A stretch of DNA of 64,000 nt from Asterias rubens (taxonomy: Eukaryota). Under the pieces are notes generated by a model. The model was not told the origin of the DNA. It saw only the letters and a list, made by a program, of their open reading frames with translations, and made no database searches. The stretch covers positions 5,270,001 to 5,334,000 of the forward strand of contig NC_047080.1 in the NCBI RefSeq assembly GCF_902459465.1, written 5' to 3'. This document shows, one piece after another, positions 22,301-34,300 of this stretch (position 1 is the first letter of the stretch; each line of letters opens with the position of its first letter). A program made the position numbers and the translations under genes.

Positions 22301-25300
22301 TGACTGGCTTATCAATAGTTGGTCAATAGTCATTTCACAGTGAAAGAACCAATAATCAATAGTTAGCCACAAAATGATTAGTAGGTTTTCTTGTAACATC
22401 TACCACAGCTGATATAAATACCTTCATCATCAGAGCTATGGTATTCAAAGCAATGAGGCTCATGATTAAATACTCAAATGGCTGAGACACGACCAGCTTC
22501 CAGACTTTATACTTGACGGAGTTCTTGTTGGTCGGTACAAAGCCATCCGTTGGTTTAGCGTTGATACAGAACTCTACACATTGTTTCTGCAGGGAACACA
22601 GAGAAACAAAAGGCAAATTAAAATACACTGAAGTGAAAAAGATGAACAGGGGTCGATTACAGAAAGATTGTCCAAACTTAGGACTAGTCCTACAAGCTAT
22701 TAAAACATTTAAGGCTAGTCCGAAAGTTGGGCCGATTAACTCATCCTCCATGTAACTCGAGATAAGACTAGTCCTAACTCTTTGTGAAACAGGGGTCACA
22801 TAGAATGTCCGAACTTAGGACTAGTCCTACGAGCTATTAAAAACTTACGACTAGTCCTAGAGTTGGGACGCTTAATTCATCCTTATTGAGATAAGACTAG
22901 TCCTAACTATACAATTTGTAAAATCCGCTCCTGGGAGGTAAGAGAATGGACTAAAAAACTAAAGGCAAGTTTATCTCAAAAATGAACATGTACTTGATTT
23001 AAATTTTCAATCTGGACTTATTATGACCTAAGCCAGGGGTGGATTTTACAAAGATAGTCCAAACTTACATAGGACTAGTCATAGTGCTCTTTAGGTGTTA
23101 TTAAAAACTTTAACAAACTTAAGGCTAGTCCTTATTTATTACGAGTACCTCGTCTTGAGTCAAGATGAGACTAGTCTGAACTCTTTGTGAAACCCACCCC
23201 TGGAACTCCATGAGATTGCGGTAACATAATTTAGACAAACAAAACTTTAGGATAAAGCGGGAAATAAATGAGAGATGATTCAACAAACCTGATTCTTATC
23301 AATATCTCCATCTTGGTAGTCTTTATCTCCTTGCTCCTGAAAGGTGATGATGATCAACGCAACGAAGATGTTGAGGAAGAAGAATGGAAAGATGATGAAG
23401 TAGACGACGTAGAAGAAAGCCATCTGGATCTTATTGTAAGGTGCTGGACCTTGGCCTTCTGTGGTCGCATCGATGGAGTGCTTTAGGACGCTGCAGGTAA
23501 ATAATAAGATCATCAAAAATACTTTCATTATTCTGTGGTGATGCATTCTGTAATGAGGCATCTTGAAATCAAATTCAGATAAACAGAAATTACATATTTT
23601 TACCGGATGAACTCATTTAGATAAAAAATACAAATATTATACCATAATTTGCTTCTCTTCATGAACGAGCGCAGGGGGTAAAGAGATAGTTATGCTCTTA
23701 ATAAACATCCAGAGGTAAAGTAAGCGCAGCAAAGAACGTTTTTACGATGCGATGACAATAATTGTATATTTGGTTTGTGGTAACACCTTGTTTGTATCTA
23801 CTTGCTAAGTAGATTATGTTCTTTTGAGAACCTCTTGCCTTATATTCTACTACCGAGGAATAGATTTTTCGGATAGTTCGGGAGACTTCAAACTTTTGAA
23901 AACAATTGATGACAATAAATACTTACAATTTAAGGCTGAAGTTATTTTACGAAGCATTTGGGTTTTGAATGGTTAATCGCAATTTTGATAATTCTATACT
24001 TACTCTGGCCATCCTTCTCCAGTAGACACTGTAAACAACGTTAGTAACGCTGCAAAGACGTTGTCGTAGTTGAAGGGATATTTCTCCCACTCTCTAGGCT
24101 GAGTGTCTCTAATCTCATCTCCAGTGTACACAAAGTAGTTACCTCTGTATAAGCAAAGACAGACAGATGTCATGAAGGAAAAACAATGGTGGAAATTGCA
24201 ACATTTAGTGATGTTTTTGCAGTTTGCTTTGGGATAAAATCCCTTTTCCAGTGACCAATATAGGACTATTTTCAGTCAACAACTTTTTTGTTGCTGGCAG
24301 GAACGAGTCCTGGTTAGGCAACATGGTTGGCTCCAATTCAAATCAGTGCAATCAAAGTTAGGCTGTGAGGAAAGTAGTCTGGTACCTTTTGGGTACAATG
24401 ACAATCAGTGATCAATTCTAACAGCATGCACTGGGTACTATGTTGCCTCTAGCTACCGGGCAATCTCGGTGATTCTATTTGGCAAAGGTCGTGGGTTCGA
24501 ATTCCACCTGAGTAACACCCGTTTCAGACAGGTGCTCCAGAGTCGTGCCGAACCAAATTCTGAATTAAGTACATGAAAAGTTAGACATCTGAACGCGCTA
24601 GAAGTCAAAAGATTGACTTTTGCAGTCATTTGGAACGACTCTGGAGCGCCTTGGTTTCAGACGCCGAGCCAATGTAAATGTTATGTTAAGTTCGCCTGTC
24701 TGAAGCAAAAAGTTATTTGGGTCAACTGAGAGTCGCTCCCAATCTATTTGGTTTTGGTGCACCTGTCTGGAACGAGTGTTATATGCCTTTTCACATGACT
24801 GTTTTCACAGAGTATACAGTTCTAAACACACATCGTTGTATGGGTAAAAGGAAAGAGTATGGCTTACTTGCATTCCTCTCTGTTATGTTTAGAGGGATCA
24901 GTGCAGTAGAAGAATCTTCCTTTGTATAACTGGACTCCAATCACAGCGAAGATGAACATGAATAGACCATACACGATGGCGATGTTAGTCACATTCTTGA
25001 CTGAGTTCACAACACAGTCGAACACCGCCTTCACAATAAAAAAGTATACAAAAGTGATGTTTGAAGCTTTGCATAGTGTAAGTTATATTAAACTATTTCT
25101 GTGATGTCACTCTATTGTTGAAAGTGTAGATTATTCTTACAAATCTACCCTTAGCTGTAGATTCGTTACGAATCTACACTTAAGTGTACGTATTCTGCAG
25201 TTGAGTGTAGATTCATAACAATAGAAAATTACTGTCTTTCCAAACTGAAACCAAACATAGCTGAAAATACGTTATATTTCAATTTACAAAAACATTTTCC

Positions 25301-28300
25301 AGTTTAGAAAAATTACTTACTAAATAGTAACACAATTTATTGTTAGCTGAGAAAGCTGACATGTACTCAATAATGTTGCAAGATGCCTATATATTTTGTA
25401 AAATAATAATAAAATGTCACCAACCATCATTTGAAAACGTGTACGAAATTGATCGACTAACTAGTGTTATTACTATATTGAGAAATCAAATTCATTGAAA
25501 CTGTCACATAACCAATGGGGGAAATAGTTAAAGTCAGAGAAGAGACTCTAGAAGAAGAAACTCTCAAGTGTAGATTCGTAAATACAATGACCAGACCGGC
25601 TTTGGGATTTTGGGATTGGGATTTTGGTTTGAACTTAATAATCAGTGAGTTCTCAGATGGAAACATACAAGTAAGAACTAGGACTAAATACGATCCTCTT
25701 TTGTACCTAAAACTTTCAAATCCCCTTCTTTGTCTTTCAGACGGGCATGGAACTTACTTTGAGTTTGGGTACCCTCTTGATGGTCTTGAGGGGTCGAAGT
25801 ACTCGAAGGACTCTGAGGGATTTGATGGTATTGAGATTCTTACTAGCTCCTTTATCCGTACTGCCGGCTCTGAAACCAAAATCAAAAACCAACAAAGTCT
25901 CAATTCATGCTCAAGATATACCTTCAGAATTAAAGATGGAAGTTAAGCCCGCTTCATACTTCCTGCAAATGCTTTGTGCAAAGCAAATGTTCTTGTGTCA
26001 CAACTGGAAAGGGAGGGCGTACCGATTATTGCATCACCAAAAGTCACTTCGCATTTGCACTTGCAAGAAGTATGAACGGGGCTTTACACTGCAATAGTTC
26101 GGATGTCACACTAATTCGATGCAACAGAATTTCCATGGCTGATCATAAAGCATTGCTACAGGTATCACAATTGCTGTATTTTCAAGAAAAAAAATTCCTC
26201 AAAAAGTTTAGAGTTGAAACAGACAAAATTTCAAAAAAACATTCCATGGGTGCTCAAAACGGTCTACCCACAGGAACCACAACAGTTTTAAAAGGATTAC
26301 ATAACCTCAAAAAGTTGTAAAATGAAACTCCTTATCTTTTTTCTTTTTCTCCAGAAGCAATCAGAGCATACTGATTGAAACTTCGAGTTGAAACCAAAGG
26401 TTCTTTTCAGAACCACCCTCAACTCATTTAAAGATAGCCATTACATGGTGTTACCGCAAAACCTTTCCATATCGTATTTCCGACGTGCAAAGTTTCAAAT
26501 CCTACTTAATTTGAAACTGATAACTCTTTTCAGATAACCTCATTTCTGACTCTGTTTTTGAGATGAAAGTGGATTGAAATGTCCAGAACTTTTTATCTAA
26601 ATTTTCTAATGAAACTTACGATGCTTGATTGACGCCGAACGCAACCAGGGCACAAACGACGACCACAGAGTCAAGAATATTCCACAAGTCTCTGCAGTAG
26701 GAGCCCTTGTGTAGGAGCAGACCCATGTCTAAGATCTTCAGAGTCATCTCAATGGTGAAGATGGTGGTAAAGGCATAGTCAAAGTATTCCAACACCTACA
26801 GTGAAAAAAAGACATCAGACAATGAACATAATAATAATAATAATATCAAAGTCTTATATAGCGCAAGTATCTACCAAACAAGGTACTCAAGGCGCTGAGT
26901 ATATACAAACTTTCAGAAAGATAGGTTATTACAGTGATTAATTCTGAGACCCAATTATTCAGCACCATAAAATATACGTTACGTTATCACACGCGCGAGT
27001 GGAATACGGGGAATATAGCGCTTCTGCGTCCCATATCCAACGAGGCCGAAGGCCGAGTTGGATATGGGACACAGACGCGCTATATTTTCCGTATTTCCAT
27101 GAGCGCGCGTGTGATAACGTATTTATCTTCAAGCAAAACACAAAATACGCATGGTAGTGATATTAGCCGTGCAAAACAGGTTTTTATCACTACTCCATTC
27201 TGCGAATCTGATTGGAGGATTAGCGCGTACATGTACTTGACGTTAAGGGTTGATACAATATAGGTGCTTGGGCACATACAGCAGCCACAGCCAGGAACAC
27301 TGGGGCGAACCCCTTCTCATTTCGATAAATGCACTGGGTTATTTTACATGCGTTACACAACACATGGGCCCAACGGCTTTACGTCCCATCCGAAGGACGA
27401 AGCTATGGTTAAGTGTCTTGCTAAAGGACACAAGTGTAAACCATGTATCTAAGTTGGATTTGAACCTTTGCATGGTGAAAGTTGACCGGAATGTTATTGG
27501 CTCAATGAACATTGCACTAATGTAAAGCACATTGATACGGTAAAATACCCTATTTATTACTTATTATTATACTATAAAAAATGCAAAGTGTACACGACAA
27601 CTTGAACTATTGATATTCTAGACTTACCGCGTTGTATTGACTCTTGTTGTTTGGGTCATCAATAGGGTTCTCCATAGCTAGTGTGATACTACTCAGAGCA
27701 ATCACCACCATGATTAAGAAATCAAAGTAGCGAAGGTTGACCACGTAGTGACAGAAACGTCGAATCCTGTAGGACAAATCAAAAACATATTTTTGAACTT
27801 GTCCATTCCAGATTCCTTTTCGCGGTCGTGTTACCAATAACTGTTTGGGTTGAATTAGCCATTGGTTACTCCCTGGCCAAAGACTGAAACAGTTATTGGT
27901 TACAGCCGCGAAAACGCAACCCGAGATTATAAAGACATCAATATAGAGGATTCAGCATCCCCCATCTTAAGGGGAAGAGGCAATGAAATGAAGTAATTTA
28001 TGGGTTGCTTGTCCAAGAGAAACTGCAACTAATTCAGTAGGATTTGAAACTTTGCATGGTGGAAAGGTTTGCGGTAACACTATGTAAAGACTATCTCTAA
28101 TGAGTTGGGGTGGTTCTGAAAAGAACCGTTGGTTTCAACTCGACGTTTCGATCAGTATGCTCTGATCGTCTTCTGGAGAATCGAAACGTCGAGTTAAAAC
28201 CAACGGTTCTTTTCAGAACCACCCCAACTCATTAGAGATAGTCATTACATGGTGTTACCGCAAACCTTTCCATACGGAACTAATTCTTTCTGAAACTGAA

Positions 28301-31300
28301 GAGAAGAATGTTGGAGCATTGGTTTTTGGGAGACATTGGAAGTTTAATTATTGTGCAATTGTAGTTTTCAACTTTTATATGCATGTATAGTTGATTATAG
28401 TTTTATCTGTAACTGTTTTTAAATGATACCTGTCAATAGCGGTTAGGCGCTGTGGGATAATAACATTAAAATAAAACATCTGTTTTGGGTTGGGTGACTC
28501 GAAGAGTGCGGAACCATCCTTCTTGGTGGATGGAGAAAGGAAGATTGTTTGGGAGGAGTGGTTTGTAGGAGGGAAGAGGAGGTAAGACAGTCTACTACTT
28601 TCGGGTTGGTTATCTTGAACATCTGACAAGAAGAAGGAAAGTGTAAGACCATCCTCCTTGGAGGATGGACTAACCTCTTTGGAGGATGGAGAGAGGAAGG
28701 TGGATGGAAGGAGGAGGTAAGACGGTCTGGTACTTACGGGTTGGTGGTTCTGAAGATGATCCTCCTTGGAGGATTGAGGCAGGAATGGGTTGCTTTGGGG
28801 AAAGGGAGTGGTTAGGAGGAGGTAATAGAGTCTTCTACTTACGGGTTGGTGGTACTGAAGATGAAGAGTGAACTGAATGGAACCATCTCTTTGGGACCAT
28901 CTTCATCTTCTTCTCCTTCTACATCAAGATAAGTCAAATAAATATCTCAAAACCACAACTCTTAGGGCCTTGTCACATGAGGCTACTTTTACAGGCAACT
29001 TGGAGGCAACCATTCGTAGTGCACTGTTACAGGACCACTTTGGTAACACATTGAGTCATTCTTATTAAACAATGTCTTACAAACCCCAAGAAACAGAATG
29101 TGAACATTCAAGTGTGAATGGATTCTCTTCTTGTTGGAGATTGCCTGGAACTGGTTGCCATTAAATTACCTTGTGTGACATGGCCTAAAGTTTAATTATC
29201 TGTGGTTTCTTCAGTCGTATAATATTAATGCAAGGATAAAACTATGTGACCATTGGCATTAGTCAACTCTAAAACTAAAAATATAGTTAAATTCTATAAA
29301 CTTATGAACATTTTAGTTCAACTTAAACTTCTGTTCTTCACCCAGTATTAAAGTGGCCGTATAGAAATATTATACAGAAATATCTCCCTCCTAAATCACC
29401 AACTGGTACCAATTAAAAAGTAAAACCCTTCATCTAACTAGGTAATATGCAGATACAAGTAATTAGGTTGAACAAATAACATTTACCTTTTCAATTGTTT
29501 TTATATATAAAAGATTACAAAATAACAAATAAAATTGTCACTTTATTACTGTTTTCAATCAAAGTTGATTTTGAAAAGTCCATTTTGATGGTTTTGTTTT
29601 CATTACATTAACATCTCTAAGTATGTCCCCTTCATATCTTCTGGATATCAAGTTGCCATAGCAACATAACTTGATGTGAAGAGGACATATTTTTCTTATT
29701 TTGGTCTTGCCTTCTTCTTCATTATTGTTGGTTTTGCGGCAGCACGGACAGGACGACCAGCAATCAGAATTACAGACGGCCGTGATACACGGGCAACTCA
29801 CTGGTCCCATGGTAGGACATGGCCATGGAATACCGTTGACATTCATATAGGTATACCAGCGGCGGTACCAGGGAATTGGAAGGTCCGCATCCGTTACTTG
29901 GACGTCTGGTTGAGGTTGGGGTCATAGGTTGAAGGTCAAATTGGGTTGTGGTGGTGGTGGTGGTGGTGGTGGTTGCACAATTAAGTCAGGTTGGAGCACA
30001 ATTAACACAAACCAAAACAGGAGAAAAAGGAAGGTAAACATGTGCGGGTTAAAATGTGAAATAAACGGACAATAGACAATCATAAAAACAGGGTTTGGTT
30101 TTGTAGAGCGACAACAAACAGTTGCTATCAAATTGAACTGAATCAAACAAATAATGGTCCTATATTGAAATGTACATTATGAAGAACATTAAACATGTCG
30201 TCAGATCATAGAGAAAGATGAAGGTGAAAATTGGCTGATATAACAACTTCTAAAATAATAATTTATTCATTTATTATGCGCATGTTTTATAAAACAAATT
30301 CTTGTTATAGTAGGTTTTTTGAAGTTTATAAGAAAGATTCAACCTTTGTTTTGATGACAGGTCAGAATTTGCATAAAATAAAAGAAGATAGTAACTGAAA
30401 AGTTTGTACTGATATAGGTTTTGACTGTGAATTGTTAGCGAATGACTTTGCATAAATTAAGAAGGTTAAACTGGAAAGTTTGTGTTGAAAAATATACCTG
30501 TGACTTTGTATTGTTAGCGAATGAATTTGCATATATTAAGGAGTTGATTTGAGAAACCAAAGATTGGTTTGAGGATTAGAATAAGCGGCTCTGTGTTGAT
30601 GAAGTAGAATGAATGTTTGTATCAGGAATAATAGTGTGAGGGTTAATTCTACTCTGTTAAATAATCCATTATTAACAGTTATCAAACCCAAACCAAGATC
30701 ATATAATTACTCAGAATGCATGAATTCTCCCAAGCACTAATATGAAGAATGTTGATTAATGTGTTCTCTTACTAGACATATCAGTTTGATATGTGAAGGT
30801 TCTTAAAAAAAAAAAAAAAAAAAGGAATGAATTCCCAAGACTTGATGACAAGATGCAGAAAAGTGATATTGATGCACAAAAGAAAAGACAATGAACAAGA
30901 AGATGACTGGGAGTAACATCGGATGAATACGTACAGGACAATGGTGGGTACGGAGGTGGGGTTCTGACGGTGAAGGGTAAAGAGGTGAGATTAGGCAGGT
31001 GAGAGGTACAAAAGTGAGAGGTGCAAAGGTGAGGGATATGGGGGATGAGGGTGAGGGTAATGAGGTTCTTAGTTCTAGGTGTGAGGGCTAATTGGGGAGC
31101 TTATCCAGCATGGAGTCTAGAGGTTTGAATAAACCAACTCCTCGTTTTTATAGCTATGCAAAGCTACAATTATGGCATTTGTCAGCCCTGAACAAAGATT
31201 CAGACAATTTGGGAATCACTCAGGATTTTTTAGACTTGACGCATCGCCAAACATTTGCAAATACAATTTTGAAGAGACGTCTTTGCAAAGGGGGGTTTGG

Positions 31301-34300
31301 AAATTCCATGGAGAGTCTCCGAGAAGGTTTTAGAAGTGTTAGTGCTAATATTTACCATGATTTAGGGATAACTTCTAAAGAAGGCAAGGCCAAGAGAGAT
31401 GTAATGTAGTAGAGCCCGGTACCAGAGAGTTGATGATCACCCAGTAAAGTTACCAATGAACACGCGTATAAATTAAGCACCATGACAGACTCTTGTTGCG
31501 CCTAGTGACCAAGGCTAGGCGCCGATGGCTAGGGCTCAAGCTGAAACCTAGGCTTTAAGCCAAAGCCAGGACTCAAAGCTTAAAGTGTAAGCCAGAGCCT
31601 GACCCACAGCCAAACTTGAGGATAACAAGGTCTCAGAAATCTACACAGATCTAATGCTATTTGATAAAACCCTTCACCAACTAAATAAGTAGAATCGCTA
31701 GGGATAGGAAACCCTAGTTCAGATAATGTGACTAAATTATGAGGAAACCAATGTCAAGAACCAGATCTAATGTTTAACTCATACAAAGTTCCTTTAAGAT
31801 ACAAGCATTATAATGCACATTGAGTATTAAACAACCCATCACCTTGAGAATTCAATAAGTCCCCCACCCATTACTTAATGATAAAGATGATGAAAACATA
31901 ATACTAGTTTTGAAGGGATCTAGAGATAACTTTATGTAGTTTTACTGACAAGTCTGTTCCATTCTTAATTGTTGATATCAATCATTCAAAAGAAACTAAA
32001 AAATAAATTTTGAGGTTTTGAGTTGTAACTCCGTTAAGCACTTTGATTGCACAAAGAGAAGTGCATATCGCTTGCCAAGATTTGTATTACAGAGTAATTC
32101 ACTGATCTGAGCTTTTGTGATGAGATTGTGAGTGGTTGTTGCAACTTGACCTTTGCACTTTGACCTACCTGGGTCGCCATTCTCCACACTGTGATCACCG
32201 TTCATCCTCCGATTCACATCATTCATATGAATGGTAGTGCTACCCTCTCTGTATAATCAATAATCAATAATCAATAATCAATAATCAATAATCAATAGTC
32301 AATAATCAATAATCAATAATCAATGGTCAATATATTGATGAACTAGTGGATCCTGTACTTTTTTAGTTACAGTTGGGGCTGTTTTTTCTGAGACTAAATA
32401 ACTGTGAAGAACTTCAAAGATGTGGTTATGGCAAATACTCACACATTTTATTTCTACACATGTATAAAAGTGAGAGAAACAATTTTTCGGTAGTTGACAC
32501 TGGGCCCAATTTCGTAAAGTTGTTTAGCAGAAAATACTGCTTAACAAATTTATTAGCAAACGTGAACTATCATACGTGAGCATGCAATAAGCCCAAAGTA
32601 ATGTCATCCGGAAACAACACAATTGTTTGCATTCACGTTCACCTATTTGCTCACGGAACTTGCAGCTAAACCTCGCTATGGTATCTCCTACTTACATTGC
32701 TTCCTCCCCAGGTTGAGGTGAGCCCCGATTGGATCGTAATTCTTCGGCCTCCAAGGCACGTTGCTCCGCTGCAGCTTCTTCATCTTCTAGATCCATCTTG
32801 GTCATCTCTTGGGCGTTGGCCAGATTGTCCACAGCGATGGCAAGGAAGACATTGAGTAGGGTGTCTTAATGAGGAGCAAGATAGTTAAGGAACAAGTATG
32901 GCTCTGTAAACTAAAAAACCAAGTACAGTTACAGAGAAAGTTACAAGTAGAATTTGAAACTTTGCATGGCGGGAATATAGGGTGCGTATGATTAGCTTCC
33001 CTGTGTTGACCCCGCGATACTCATTCAGGTGAGCCCCTGACAAGAGCTAATAGAATGTTCACACTCACCCTCTCTTGGTGACGTCATGCACCTGGGGCCA
33101 GCCCCCAAGTGACCCACTCCATAAGCAGGGCACTTGGGGCTACCCGATTGTGTTGGTTTTCCCCTTTTGGGGTTTTTCTCCCACATCTTAAACTGAACAT
33201 TTCCTCTCGTATCCTACTCCTCCTGTTATTTGCGCTAATTGAACTGTTTGATGTGTGATCAAATAAAAAAATATTGGCTTATATAGCGCACGTATCTACC
33301 AAACAAGGTACTCAAGGCGCTAGGTTATTGCAGTGATGCATTCTGAGACCCAATTATTTAGCACCTTATAAGGTTTTACAAGGTGCTGTGTCGCATACAG
33401 CAGCCACAGCCAGGAACACTGGGGCGAACCCTTTCTCTTTTCGATAAGTGCACTGGGTTCTTTTACATGCATTACACAACACATGGGACCAACGGCTTTA
33501 CGCCCCATCTGAAGGCAAAGCAATGGTTAAGTGTCTTGCTCAAGGACACAGTGTCACGGCTGGGGATTTCGAACCCACACTCTGCTGATCAGAAACACCA
33601 GAGTTTGAACACGGTGCTCTTAAACACTCGGCCACGACACTTCCACCACGTGTCAGTCTTTGTTTTCTTTCATGCTTGCAATGAAACCTTTAAGATGGAA
33701 AAAGGATACAGTTGCCAAATAGCACCAAGACAACAAAGTAGAGAGAGCTAAGCATTCCCTTCTGAACACCGCCCTGGGATTTGATGCCATAGTACATCAC
33801 TAAATTCCAATCTTCACCAGTCAGAATCTGAAATCAAACAAATCAAGATCATAAAAATCAAAATCAATAATCCCAAGTACAGTCTTTGAAATCAATGATC
33901 CCAAATGACCTACTTTTTGTGCATAGGCAGATCTATGAAATTGGCCCAGATTGGAATGATTGAGAAGTAAACACTCAAAGGCAGTGGACACTATTGGTAG
34001 TTACTCGAAATAATTATTAGCATAAAACCTTACTTGGCAACAAGTAATGGGTAGAGGTTGATAGTGTAAAACATTGTGAGAAACGGCTCCCTCTGAAGTG
34101 GCGTAGTTTTCGAGAGAGAAGTAATTTTCCTTGAATTTGATTTCGAGACCTCAGATTTAGAATTTGAGGTCAAGAAATCATGCATCTGAAAGCACACAAC
34201 ATCTGAAGCGGTTATGTCCACACGCCGTGGAAGAATAATTCATAATTGGAATATACAATCTGGGAAACGCTTCATGGATGAGATGTTTCTCAGATGGAAT

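Noticed and set aside
23927-23935. 9-nt in-frame microexon-like CCTTAAATT with GTAAGT donor
   Set aside because: The acceptor tract is weak, it lies only ~67 nt from the exon 27 donor, and it would insert three residues immediately after the domain III filter.
25515-26320. Plus-strand ORFs of 114-143 aa
   Set aside because: They are antisense shadows of the IIIS4 exon and adjacent repeat sequence, with no recognisable protein.
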